Below are positions 26,298 to 39,447 of a stretch of 64,000 nucleotides of DNA, in pieces (within the stretch, counting starts at the first letter, position 1; the number at the start of each line of letters is the position of its first letter). This stretch comes from Paraspadella gotoi (Eukaryota > Animalia > Chaetognatha). The notes beneath the pieces were generated by a model, which was given only the letters and a program-made list of their open reading frames with translations, was not told the DNA's origin and ran no database searches. The position numbers and the translations under genes were made by a program. The stretch lies in assembly GCA_051294375.1 (NCBI GenBank), contig CM119264.1:30467047-30531046 (forward strand), read 5' to 3'.

Positions 26298-26624
26298 TTT
26301 CTCTCTCTCTCTCTTTTCTATCTTACTTTTCTCCCTTTCCCTTCTGTCTCTTTTTTCTCTTTCTCTCCCCAACCTCTCTCTCTCTTCCTCACTCCTCCCT
26401 CTCTCTCTCTCTCACCCTACCTCTATCTCTTTTATTCTCCCTTCTCCCTCCCCCACTATTTTTTCTCCCTCCCCCCACTTCTCTCTCTTTCCTCTCTCCC
26501 TCTTCCACTCACTCTCTTCCCCACTCACTCTACTCTCCCCACTCTCTCTCTATCCCCCAACCATTCTTTTTTTATTTGTTTGTTTCGTCTTTGAATAATC
26601 TGCTCCCGCTAAAATTTTTTTCGT

Positions 26625-26915
26625 TCGGGTCGCGTCGGTCGGTCGGCTCGGTCGGTCGCGTCGGTCGGTCGGTCGGTCGGTCGGTCGGTCGGTCGGCGGT
26701 CGGTTCGGGTCGACGTCGTCTGCGGTCGGTCGGTCGCGTCCCTGGTCGGTCGGGTCGGTGTCGGCGGTCATATTCGCACATATCGTCGGGTCGGTCGGTT
26801 CGGTCGGATCGGTCGGGTTCGGGTTCGGATCCGCGTTCGAGGTTTCGGTCGGTTCGGTCGGCATCGGTCTCGGTCGGTTCGGTTCGGTCGGATCGGGCGG
26901 TCGAGTCGGTCGGTC
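26625..26915. repeat. (GGTC)/(GGTCG/GGTTC)n degenerate microsatellite
   Basis: Direct inspection; part of it appears inverted at 16258-16357. Confidence 0.88.
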
Positions 26916-27066
26916 TCTCGCCCCTGATTTCGTTATTTTTTCTCTCCGTTTTTGTTTTGTTTTCTTTTTTTCTGGTTTTTCTTCTTTCGTCTCTTTGTTT
27001 TTGTCCCATGGAATCGACTCGTTCCATTTCGGCATAATTCTCTGTTAGCCCTCCCAGCCTCCTATC

Positions 27067-27327
27067 GTCACTATTATCCGAAAGCGCTCAATTTAGATTC
27101 ATAATTCTCAAACTTCAATTTTATTCTTAATATCTCTCTCTAATCTCTTTCCAAAAGTTTAATCTAATACTTAACCCTTGTTCTAATTCTAATCTCTAAA
27201 CTTATTTTCATACTTTAAACTCTAATCTTTAACTCTAATCCATATACAAAACTTTAACAGACTAAACCTAAAAACGAACTTAATTCTGAATTAAAGTTGA
27301 AATGGGCTGCTTTCGAAAAAGAGGGTC
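27067..27327. mobile_element. MITE-like element with imperfect ~27-bp TIRs and TAAYCY-hexamer interior
   Basis: Left gtcactattatccgaaagcgctcaattt; right aaatgggctgctttcgaaaaagagggtc (reverse complement gaccctctttttcgaaagcagcccattt). Confidence 0.55.
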
Positions 27328-28317
27328 TTCCCCTCCCAAAATCGATTTCTTCTCTTTTTTTCTCTGACCCTCAAAAGAAATCATAACTTCTCGTCATTGA
27401 GACAAAGCTCTTTCATATATTTTCTCTTCTTTTTGCTTACCACCCTGAATACTGCTTGTTTAAAATTCATGCTGAGATTCTCAGTTTATTTTTTTGCAGA
27501 TTGTCATTTACTCACCCTTCCGAAGTTAATGATACTATTTATACTATTTTACAGTTTACATTGTACAAACGACTTTCTTGGTCAGGTTAGGTTAAAGATT
27601 AGGTTGGGGATTAGTTTAGGGATTTAAGGTTAGATATTTAAAGCTAAAATTAAGGTTAAAAATTTAATTTTGGTAAAAGATGAACTAAATGGTGACTATT
27701 ATTATTACTTATTCATATATTATTATTATTATATTATTATTATTACTTATTATTATTTATTATATATTAATTCATTATTATTCACAGGCAACGCCCTTTC
27801 CCAGTCTTTCCTCTCATTTCACCCTTTGACCTCTCTCTTCCAGAAGGACTCCGCTCTCTCCGACCACCAGATGCGCTGAGCTGACGCAAGTCTTCCACGC
27901 TCGCCGCAACGCGTTCGGTCGCCACCGCACTCGCCGCCGTCTTTTGTTTTTTAGGTCGCGACGCGAAGGGCGCTTCGGGTCCGCGCGCGGCGGCGCGGCG
28001 CGCGGAACCGTGGCCGGGTACCGTACAGGAATATCTCCATCTCGACTGGGCAACCTCTTTTCCGGTTGCGTTGTGATTTTGCGTGTAGATATGGTTGTTG
28101 GTTGAAATAGAAGATAAGAAAGCAGAAAAGAGAAACGAAAAAATATATATATTCCTAAATCTTAACTTAATATTTATTAAATATACTCATTTTAATTTTT
28201 AAGAAACTTTTTCCTAAAGGCACTTGATTTTCCTCTCGGCCTAAATAGATCTAATTTCTCTCTCCTTTATTNNNNNNNNNNNNNNNNNNNNNNNNNNNNN
28301 NNNNNNNNNNNNNNNNN

Positions 28318-28504
28318 ACCGTTACTCTTAATTTTTAACCCCAACCTCTAACCCGAAATGCTAGTCCCTAACCCAAATACCTAACCCTAATCACTAATCT
28401 AAATCCCTGACTCTAATCCTTACCTTCCGCCTTATTTTTAATTAAAGAAAATTTATCTAATTCCGAATTCAAGATAAAATGGGTCTTTCTTGGAAAGTAA
28501 GGGC
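28318..28504. mobile_element. MITE-like element, same family; left end in N-gap
   Basis: taaccc/taatcc hexamers ending taattccgaattcaagataaaatgggtctttcttggaaagtaagggc. Confidence 0.55.
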
Positions 28505-29613
28505 ATCGATTCACTCTATAAATAACGCATCTTGCCGCTCATTTTTGATACGCTCTAGTTGTTTATGTTCGACACCAGCAAGATAGCTTAATTAATAACT
28601 GAATGAAAGGATGCTTTTTATATCGCTTGCGGGTCTCCGAAATTATTCAATCATGAGTTTCTCAAAGTCTCGATTAACTCTCAGAGCAACTGGCTTCCCC
28701 TATTAATGAAGTGGGGTAATTTATTTTCAGTTGTACAAATTGGATAAAATAACTACTCCTTTTAGTATTAGATTGGGTAATTCTATACTGATTTTGTGTT
28801 TTACCTTCATAACCTGGCACAATGAATACTAAAGGAAAAGATAAAGAGAAGCTCAAGCGAACGAAATAGTGAATTTAACTCAAGATAATGTTTGACTTCA
28901 TATTCTTTCCTCGTGAGTTCAAGAGAGGGTCTAGATTCGCCCCCCCCCTTTTTTTTGGTGCCAAGACCCTCAACCCAATTCCTACTACTTCCCTGGCAAA
29001 ACTCAAAAGTGAAAAACCTCTTCGTTTTGTTTTGATTTCATTTCCTTCTTGTTTTGTCTTTCATCTTTGTTTTTTTTTCTTCTTCTTCAAATTTATTTTC
29101 TTGTTTTTATAATTCGAACTCGGGAGGAGGAAGAAGAGGAGGAGGAGGAGGAGGGAGGAAGAGGAGGAGGTTGAGGAGGAGGGAGGAAGAGGAAAAGAAA
29201 AGAGGGAAAAACGTACGAAAAAAGGAGGAAAAAGAAAAGAGAGAGGAATAAAGAGAAAGAAGAAAAGTAAAGAAAAAAAAATAGGAGATAAAAATGAAAA
29301 AAAACCTGTAAGAAAAAAGAATAATTTTAAATAAGAAAAAATGATAAAACAATATGAGATTTTATGTATTAAAAAAAAGAACATCTTTATAGCTTATTAT
29401 AATTTTCCCAAAAATTGTTTTTTTAAAAAGACGTAACAAAAGAATCTAATGACTCGGAAAAAATGGAAAAGAAAAAAGCGAAAAAAGGAAAAAGAAATAA
29501 AAAATGGAAATGACGGGAGTCATAAAAGGAAAAATGGGAAAAATGGGAAAAAAATGGAAAAATGGAGTTAAAATTGAGTGACGTTTGACAGTAAAAGTAT
29601 GAAAAGAGAAAAA

Positions 29614-29860
29614 GGTTCTTTTTTCCGAGAGTGCCCATTTCTGTTGGTTTATCCCAAATTTTAAATTTTACTCTAAATATTTAACCCAAACTTATACTTA
29701 AACTTGTAACCCAATCCATAACCCTACTCCATATTATTTTCCTTAATTTCTAACCCGAACTCTAAACTGAAATGATAGTCCTCTAAACAAAATCCTTAAC
29801 GAAAAAAAATCACCCATTTCCAAATTTAAGATAAAATGGGGCATTCTGGAAAATAAGGCC
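29614..29860. mobile_element. MITE-like element, same family
   Basis: Left ggttcttttttccgagagtgcccattt; right aaatggggcattctggaaaataaggcc (reverse complement ggccttattttccagaatgccccattt); interior with taaccc-like hexamers. Confidence 0.6.
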
Positions 29861-31680
29861 GAGGAGGGTTTAGAAAAAAAAAAAATTTAGAGAATAAAAA
29901 AAAAAGAGATATTAAGTTTTAATAAAAGGCTCACGTTTAAACGAATGTTTTTACGAAACATTCTGAACTTAAAAAATTAATAATAATATCTTTCGCTTGA
30001 TCTTCATTAGTTAGTATGAAGCTTACTTCATTTAAAAACGGTAGTCTCAAGTTATCTCCTTCTTATCACTTAGAAACTTCCTGGTAAATTTCTATGAGTT
30101 AAAAAATACGGTAAGACATGGTTTCTTTCAATGATTGTTTATCTAATCTCATTAACTGCGTAATTTTAGATATAAGTATGTTCGAATTTTTATGGTAAAG
30201 ATAATTTTTAAAGATCGAATTCCTCATAAGAATCTTCAACGTCTTTTACTTACATAAAAGTTTTTAGGTAAGACGCCACATTATCTGATACAATTTTTTT
30301 TTTCTTCATACGCTTTCCCTGATTATTTTTCTTCACTTTCTTTTCTTCTCTTTCTTTATATTTTCCTCTTCCTCTTTCTCCCTTACTTCTCACTCTGTCA
30401 CTTACCATTTTTTCGGCCCCTACCTTTTTCTGCCACTAATGCACTTTCCTTACCTTTTTCTCTACTTCTCTCTTTCTCTTTATTTTCCCCTCTTTTTCTT
30501 TCCAATTTTCCCATCATTTCCTACCTTATATTGTCTCAACTATTTTTCCCTCCCCATTTGCCTATTTTTTTTTGCTTTGGCCCCCTCTTTCATTTTCTTC
30601 TCCTTCTCTTTTTCTTGTTTTCTCTTTCCTCTTCCCTCTCACAACGTTTACATTGAGCCATATCAAAGAAAATCTTTAATATGCATTATAAGAAAAGAAA
30701 ATGAACGATAGCGCATGATTTTTTCTTTCAATTTTGGTTGCCTAGCAAATTTAGTAAATCGACAGATTTTGCGCGAAAAGTTTTCCGAAAATCTGTCGAT
30801 TCTGAGAAAAACAAGATCCTGACGCTTTCCATTGGCTTAAAAGGATGCGGTTTTTTTTGTTTTATCAAACGTCAGTAAGTACCCCATCTTTTAAAACTAA
30901 TAAAAGAGTTGAAAATATTTTCTTTATCATAAATAAAAATGCAAGTCACAAAAAGTCACAAATTAAAAGTTGTCTCTTTTAAAAAATTATTTGTGGCTAA
31001 AAACGAAAAGAAGTTTTTTTGATAATTTTGTAGGTGTTAAAAGCTTATTCTGTGGACTAATATTTTCTGTTAGTTTAGCCAATTTAAACATTTTTGTTTA
31101 ATAAATTATAATAAAAACTAAAAATGCAACTTTTTGACTTGTCAATTTAAAATTAATTCAATAAGTGAACACTATGAATGATATAAGAAAAATATTTTAC
31201 TCAAGGGTGAAGAAGATAAGGAAGAAAGGAATTCCAAATAAAAAAATTTTCTCACTTTCCTTGGCATTCAAATTTGAAGACGAAAGTGAAAATGGACAAA
31301 AATGGACATGATTTTTTTTTCCTAAAAGTTGCAAAAAATGTTACTCTTATATGATTAGAAATAGCTGGAGATGGTTTTTAACACCAATCCGTATTTCGTC
31401 CTAATTTATATTATGGTTCAAATTAAATTAATTTTTGAATAGTAATTGAACAATCCTGGAAAAAGTAGTTTTTCTCTGAATGCGAGGATTCGTAAAGCAG
31501 AGGCAAAAAAATATGAATTAAAAAAGGGAAAAATTTGTGAATCCTCTGTGAAAATTGAAGAGTGAAAAAGTTGGAAGGAAAAAATTGAAGAGATAAACTC
31601 ATGTAATTTTGACAGAAATGAGGGTAGTGAAGGAGGGGGGAGGGAGAGAGAGAGAGAGAAAGAGATAGAGAGAAAGAGAT

Positions 31681-31725
<45 letters not shown>

Positions 31726-31739
31726 CCTTGGTCCCTAGC

Positions 31740-31865
31740 TCTAATCTCTAATCCTATCCTGAATTCACTATTTCTAATCTCTAATCCTATCCTGAATTTA
31801 TATTTCTTATCTCTAATCCTATAACCGAATTCATATTTCTAATCTCTAATCCTATCCCCTAATCC
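31740..31865. repeat. ~32-bp tandem repeat x4
   Basis: tctaatctctaatcctatcctgaattcatatt units. Confidence 0.8.
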
Positions 31866-34792
31866 TAAACGCGTAATGTAATCGTTATAATTTAATTTTT
31901 AATTAAGCTAAAATGGTGCCCTTATAGAAAATATGTAGCAGAGTAAATTGTGGTTCATTTCAAAACGATGTTTAGTTCAATTAATCTCATTTACATATTG
32001 TAGCCAATTTAGATCATTTCTCATATATTTTGAATAACATTGTTCATAGAAATCTTATTTTACTATTTCTGATATACTTTTTAATAGATTTAAAACAATG
32101 ATTAGCCAAAAAAGCGACATACTCGTCTCGCTGTTTGTTTTCTATAAAAACAAAAAGACATCGCCCAAACCTGAACAGCGGAGAGAAATGACTTGTTCGA
32201 GTATCGCAAGTGGATGGAGAGAGTAATGCCTCCCACGAAGTTGGTCGTTGATGTCATGATGGAGTGAGCAGGGATTCTGGAAGGAGTGTTGGGGTTTGGC
32301 GGGATGTGGAAGGAGGATCGGGGGAAATTGTGAGGAGCAAGTCGGAATTAAAAATGTTTCTTTTTGTGAACCAATTGCTTCACGCAAAGATGAAACTGAC
32401 AGCGCAATACATTTATTTTGTTTTTCATTGCGTTGTTCATGTTTCCATTTTTGGTGACTGATTCAAAATAACTTATTTCATATGTATAATTGTACATAGC
32501 AAAAAATTAATTCGTAGCTTAATTCTCAAATTGCGAAAAAATATTTTTCAAAAAGTTTTTTTCCAAATTTTTGCGGTAGAAAGAATTTAGATATTTTATC
32601 TTCGCTGGAATATATATATATTTTTTTAAATTTTAAAAATGGAATAAAAAATCCGTATTTATTCACATCTGCGTCATACATTTTACATTAGCGGAGGAAA
32701 GGAAACCATGCATGGGAAAATGGAAGAGAAAAAAAGAAGAAAAGAGAGAGCGAGAGAGGAAAGGAGGAATAGAGGAAATGAGGAAGAGGAAAGGAGGAAT
32801 AGAGGAAAGGAGGAAGAGGAAAGGAGAAGGTGAAATATAGAGAAAAAAATGGAAGAAAATAAGAAGGAGAAAGATGAAAGAAGCAATTTAGAAAAGAAAT
32901 AGAAAAAGAAAAGGAAAGAAAAAACAAAGAAGAATGAAAATAGAGGGGAAAAAAATGGAGGAAAAGATTAAGAATGAAGGAATAAAGGAGAAAAGGAAAA
33001 AGGAAAAAAAAAGGAAAGAAAAAAAAGAAGCAATGAAAAGAAAATAAAAAGAAAAAAAAAGAAAAAAAGGAGGAAAGCAGTGAGTAAAGAGGTTAATAAG
33101 AAAGTCGACAACATTGCCCGAAACCGTTGTGCGACCCCTTTACGCCCAATCCGCAGTTGACGCCGCCCCCCCTTCTACACCCTCCATTTCCCGCCCTCAC
33201 TACTCCGCCCCCCTCGAAAAAAAAAAATGCAATCGACGCTGGAAAATCTGATTAATCCACGAATATCGAAGGAGTAATATAAGGAGGAAGAAGAGGGGAG
33301 GAAGAGGGGAGAGAGAGAGGGAGAGGAGAGAGGAGGGAGAGGAAGCGAGGGAGGGAGAAGGAGGGAGGAGATGGATAGGGAGAGGGAGAGTGGGAGGTAG
33401 AGAGAGAAGAAGGAGGAGTTGAGTAAGGAGATGGAAGGAGAAGGAGGAGAAGTTAGGGAGGGAGAGGAAGGGAAAGAGAGGGGGGAGAGAGGGAGGGAAA
33501 TGAAAGGGGGAGGAGGGAGAGGAAGGGGGAAGGGACTGAGGGGGAAGAGAGGGGGAAGAGAGGGAGGGGGAGGCAATAGAGGGAAAGGGAAAGGAAGGGG
33601 AAGAAAGGGGAAAAGGGGGATGTGGCCGGAGAAAGGGAGGGAAAAAATAAGGAGGAAAAATTAGGGAGAGAGAAAGGGAGAAGGGGGGAGAGAGGGAGAC
33701 AGAGTCTAAAATAGTCATGAGGGAGAGAGGAAGAAAAAAAATGGAGGAAGAAAGAAGTAAAAGAAGGGAGGAAGAAGAGAAAGTTAAGAGAAAAGAAAAG
33801 AAGAAAGTAAAGGAAAGAAAAGTGAGAAAATGAAATGTTGGGCCAAACTTACTTTTTTCGGTTCTACCTATCACCTTTGGCCGTTCCGCAGTGGGGCGGC
33901 GGAGGCGAAATTTTGAGAGCATAACCTGCGGGGATGGGGGAGTGTGGGGGGAGGGGTGGGGGTTTTTGGGGGTGGAAGGGGGGAAGATGGGAATGAAGAA
34001 AAAAAAGTTTTAAAATGCAATCTTTCTCTCTCATCCCCCTCCCTCCGTCTTCTCTCTCGTCTCTCTCTCTCCTCTCTCTCTCTCTCTTTCTCTCTCGTCT
34101 CGTCAATGCCATACTTTTCTCGGCTGTCAACGAAAGAACCCAAATTGCTAACTCCCATTCTATTGTAAATAAATCCATATTTTATTCTTCTTGATTTTCC
34201 AATTTCCATTTTTCTCTTTTTCTCTCTCTTCTTTTTCCTTTCTCCTTTTCTCCATTCGAATTTTAATATCTTCCCTTTCCATTTATCTTATTTCCTATTT
34301 TCTATTTATTAACTATGCTTATTTTTATTATAAGGTAGCTTTCCCTAATATTCTTTTATTCTTTCCTTTTTCTCTCCTCCTTATTCTTTTCACTTTTCCT
34401 TTCCTTTTTCCTCCCTTCCTTGTTACTCCTCCTTTCTTTTCCTTTTTTGTTTTTTCTCCTTTTTCCTTCTATCTCTTTTCTTCCCTCCCTTCTCTTTCTG
34501 TTCCTCTTTTTCCTTTCTGTTCTTACTCTTCCTTTCCTTTCCTTCCTTTTTTTTCCTTTCTTCCTTTCCCTTTCTGTTCATACTCTTTCTTTCCTTTTCT
34601 CCCTTCTGTTTCCTCTCCTCCTTTCCATTTTTGTTCATACTCTTCCTTTCCTTTCCTCCTTTTTGTTCATACTCTTCCTTTCCTTTCCTCCCTTTCCTTT
34701 CTTTTTTCCTCCCTACTTCGACCTTCTCACCTCGGATTTCGGCGATTGCGATTTTGAACTGAAGAGTTGATATGAAAAATTCAATTCGTCAA

Positions 34793-34824
<32 letters not shown>

Positions 34825-35189
34825 ACGTCGTCGGCAGCGGCAGCAAGCGGCAGGCGGCAGCGGCGACAGGGAGGCAGCAGCCGCGGGACAGCGGTGGAGA
34901 CAGAGCGAAGATGATGATAAGATGAAGGAAAGAGAAAAAAAAAAAAGTAATGAATTTTAAACTCGTTTCAGTCTCGTTTTACTCTTTTACTCTGATTTAT
35001 GGTTCTCGTTCGTTTGTAAAAAAATAATTATTATTATCTCAAAACAAGTTGAATGTCTGACTATACATTTATTTCTTGGAATTTATTTTTATCTGTTCTT
35101 GGAATAGACAATTGAGAAGGGAGTTTGAAAAATTTATTGTCTTCTTCAATCTTCGGTGTTTATTCTTACGACGTAGTTTTCTGCGATTG

Positions 35190-35245
<56 letters not shown>

Positions 35246-35309
35246 TCTATTCCTCATCGTCCTTGTATTCATCTCAGTCATAAATCTCGATTCGAAGCAA
35301 AAAGAAAAA

Positions 35310-35818
35310 CTGGATTTTCAACAGATTCGACTCTATAATTCACTTTGTCGGTCCGTCGGTCCGCCCCCTCAATCTTGTCGGGCATTCACTTATATCATGT
35401 CAAAACATCAAATTATGATAAATTATTACACCATTGATAAATTATGCAAAAAAGATTATAACCGTCTGTCCGTCCGTCCGTCCGTCCGTCCGTCCGTTGT
35501 CCATCCCTCTGTCTGTCCGTCCGTCCGTCCCAACTTAGCAAAAAACACTAATTACCAAAAACACCGTGATTGGATGGATGAATTGATGCAGGTAAAAAAA
35601 ATGATGCGAGTTAAAAAGATGATGCATGTTGAAAAAATGATGCAAATTAAAAAATGATGCAAGTTAAAAAATAATATTAGTTGCAAAAATATTTGTTTGT
35701 ATTACTGGTTTGGTATGGTACGAGCTGTTATAATCAGTTAGGATCACAAATTGATAGAATTAGCTGATTACCGCTTAATTATCGTAGGCAGATCCGACAT
35801 TGTTTGCTCAAACTTGTT
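35310..35818 (+). mobile_element. Short copy of HINE-like family 1, opposite orientation, 5' hairpin eroded
   Basis: 35340-35545 is the reverse complement of ~14450-14620 including (GTCC)n; ends tcgtaggcagatccgacattgtttgctcaaacttgtt, the reverse complement of 11810-11850. Confidence 0.75.
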
Positions 35819-36391
35819 TCCCTACGACTAATGTAATGTGAATTATCTTAAAGTGATAACTGACTAAATGAGAGCGGAATTTAGTTCATGTGGTCACGGT
35901 TTAGATTTATTTAAATGCTACATCGAAAGTACCACAAGAAAGAAACACGGAATACAGATGGAAGGAAAGGCAAAAAAAAAAAAGAAAGTAAGAATAAGGA
36001 AAAGAAAGAAAATAAGATAGAAAGACAGAAATAAATAAAGATAGAAAGATTGAAATACAGAAAGAGTGACCCTAAGGACGAAATGATGACGTATGGAATT
36101 CAACGGTGGCGGCTGCGGCCGCTGCTGCTGCGGCGTCGGTTGCGGCTGGTGGGGCTCTGGCGTCGCTGGGTCTCAAAAGATTGAATCCATTCATGAGCTG
36201 CTCAGCGCCAGCCAGCGGCCTGCGGCCCATGGTGCGAGCGCCCATTCGATGGGAGGGAGGGAAAGTAACACTTAAGTTGGGAGGGAGAGAAAGGGAGAAA
36301 GAGGGAGAGAGAGAGAGAAAGAAAGAAAGAAAGAAAGAAAAAAGAAAGAAAGAAAGAAAGAAAGAAAAAAAGAAAGAAATAAATAAAAAAA

Positions 36392-36426
<35 letters not shown>

Positions 36427-38213
36427 AGAAAGAAAGAAAAAAAGAGAGAAAGAAAGAAAGAATGAGAGAAAGAAAGGAAGAAAGAAAGGAAGAAAGAAAA
36501 AAAGAAAGAGAGAAAGAAAGTAAGAATGAAAGAAAAAATAAAGAGAGAAAGAAAGAAAGAAAGAAAGAAAGAAAAAAAGAAAGAAAGAAAGAAAGATAGA
36601 AAAAAAAGAAAGAGAAGGAGAGAGATCTTTAGGCAGAAAACAAAAATGGCGATAGGCTAAAAAGGAAATAGTAAAGAAAACCTTGAGAGAAAAATGTCTG
36701 ACAAAATAAAGGAAAAGAGAAAGAGATTNNNNNNNNNNNNNNNNNNNNNNNNNNNNNNNNNNNNNNNNNNNNNNNNNNNNNNNNNNNNNNNNNNNNNNNN
36801 NNNNNNNNNNNNNNNNNNNNNNNNNNNNNNNNNNNNNNNNNNNNNNNNNNNNNNNNNNNNNNNNNNNNNNNNNNNNNNNNNNNNNNNNNNNNNNNNNNNN
36901 NNNNNNNNNNNNNNNNNNNNNNNNNNNNNNNNNNNNNNNNNNNNNNNNNNNNNNNNNNNNNNNNNNNNNNNNNNNNNNNNNNNNNNNNNNNNNNNNNNNN
37001 NNNNNNNNNNNNNNNNNNNNNNNNNNNNNNNNNNNNNNNNNNNNNNNNNNNNNNNNNNNNNNNNNNNNNNNNNNNNNNNNNNNNNNNNNNNNNNNNNNNN
37101 NNNNNNNNNNNNNNNNNNNNNAGAGAGAGAGAGAGAGAGAGAGAGAGAACAATCGTGAGTGTTGTGTGTGTGCTTGGAAATTCCTATCAGCAATAATCCA
37201 TTCCCCTTTTTTTTCTTGTTTACTTTGAGCAAATTTTGCGATCAAAGAATCGCGAGACAAGAGAAGTCGGGCTGCAATGGACGCGAGCAAATGGAAGAGG
37301 GTGGGAGGAATCAATGGGAATCAATGAAAGCAACAAATCGCAATGAAGGAAAATGAAAATCAATGGAAATCAATGAGAAGTGAATGAAGGCGAGAAATAT
37401 ACGTGAATGTGAGACTGACCCAATTCATAACAGTGTCTCACAAAGAAAACAAGTTGACGTGAATACCTGTTAAAAGCAAAGTCGAAATAATTACAATGAA
37501 TAATAATTAATTAAATAAAAATTACAAAAAAAAAAACTAACAGAAATGAGAATCAATTGTATTGAAAATTCAAATTAATAAATTATTTACGTTAAAATTA
37601 ATTTTTTTGAACACATTTACACTTGTGAACTGTTCACAATGGAACACATCACTCATCTTCCTAGCGGTCGACTCATTGTGAACTTACTCTCACTTCACGC
37701 TTCTCGATGGCAAAAATGAATTTTGCCAGAAACGAGACGAGGTCGTCGTTGCCAGAATTTAAAATGAGGATAAAATTAATGTTCCAATTTGAATGAATCG
37801 CTTTCCTCGACACTTTGCTTATTTTTAGCCGCATTTTTTTTTCGGTCTGGATTCTGTTTATTTTCTGCACCTTTTTTTCACATTAATATTTCAAGTATTT
37901 TGTCATTTTTCTCTATAAATCAAACCTTTCCTTTTTTCCCTTCATTTAATCTCAATCTCTAAATGAAAACCTCATTAACCTCATGTCATTAATTAACTAA
38001 TTAATCTTTAATTAATCTCATTCTCTAAATGAAAACCTCATCTTTGCTTCCGATTTAACGAATCGAAATGAATTAATTTCAATCAAATCAAAATTCGACC
38101 AAAATTCCTAAAAACTCGGAATTTTCTCGATATTTTTTATTGGAAAAACAAATCAACCATTTTTATGACAAAAATAATAATTTTTTTTTTTTATTATCGA
38201 AATGAAAGTTTTT

Positions 38214-38553
38214 TAGTTGCGCCGCGAGCACTCGCGGAGCAACTCTATAAGTCAGTTTTTGGTCGGTCTGTCGGTCGGTCGGTCTGTCCCACTTACATTG
38301 AAAATGCATGAAATTTGCCTATAGTTGGTTGCTCATTTGTTTAAACAGAAAAAACCTCAAATCTAACAGACTGCTAGAGCTGCCTTCAGGGATTCCTAAA
38401 ACTAAAGAATAAAAGACAGAATTTTGATGCAGTGCATGTCTTAAAAAGTTTTTTAGTCATACCATGTCATGCCATATCATGTCATCAAAGGGAAACACAC
38501 GTCAATCTAATGTCACTGCGGCGCAACACATTGGAATTATTACCGTTCTTGTT
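38214..38553 (+). mobile_element. DINE-1/HINE-like element, family 2 (~340 bp, complete)
   Basis: T-run, then hairpin agttgcgccgcgag-ca-ctcgcggagcaact, (GTCG)n tract, core, 3' subterminal inverted repeat gcggcgcaac, ends cttgtt in a T-run. Confidence 0.78.
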
Positions 38554-39447
38554 TTATTTTTTAAACAATCGAGTGAGATTGTTGAATTCCGAATTTGTTT
38601 TCTTTTTGTGGTGGAAATTTTTAAACAAACAAAAGTTAAACAAACAAAACACGTCGAGTTTAAAAAAAAAGAAGAAGAAAAAGAAAAAGAACAAATGTTA
38701 ATGGAGTTTAAAAAACAAAATGATGATAAGAAGTAAACAAACAAAACTTTTAAATGGCAAAACCTAAAAAGGAATAACAAGAAAGGATAATTCCAATGTG
38801 CAGTCGATTTCTTGATCACTGGCATTTCCAGGTGATCACGTGACCACCTGCCACCACTGACCACTATGAGCGTTCGACCTGCGCTGCATCGGACATCCCA
38901 CTATTTATGAAATTGGTAACAACCAATATAAAATTATTCTTTCATTTAATAAATAAATTATCTTGCCCCTGATTTTGGACAGGCTTTGGTGGTTTAATGA
39001 CATAGCTGGTCCCTGCAAGCTTTCAATCAAGACTCTCTCACAGTCTCTTTTATTCACTCCCAGAGTACCTGGTATGAAAAGACCTAGTATGAAAAGACCA
39101 CTCCCTTAAGTATTAGATCGGGGAATATTATATTGTACACCGCCCAGGATCAAAATCCAAGGAGCTGAATTTTATGACAAAACGTTGCGCTCGACGTCGC
39201 TAAGATTTGAGGTTCTTTCCGTGTCGGTAAAAAATAACAAAAGATACACAAAGGGAAAGTTAAAGAGAATTAAAAAGAATTAAAAAGAATTAAAAACTTA
39301 AATGGGAGAGACGAACAAACCGACAGACCGACCGAGAGAATAGAGACTTACGAACTTTGTAACTGCGGAATCAAACTCGAAGTAGTACAATCTCGGAAAT
39401 GGCGATGATCCAAAAAAACCTAAAACAAAACAAAAAAGGAAACAAGA

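Larger units (their letters stand above)
17441..26740. repeat. Large duplicated segment, copy B; probable long-read gap fill or alternative haplotype of copy A
   Basis: Colinear with 1-16260, supplies sequence across copy-A N-gaps, lacks the dynein block and the 2.87-kb element; lies just downstream of the 25-N gap at 16887-16911. Confidence 0.93.

Noticed and set aside
36085-36262. Poly-Ala ORF-like GC island (transcription-factor-like)
   Set aside because: (GCN)n reads as poly-Ala on both strands; the frames are short, with no convincing splice sites or recognisable domain.
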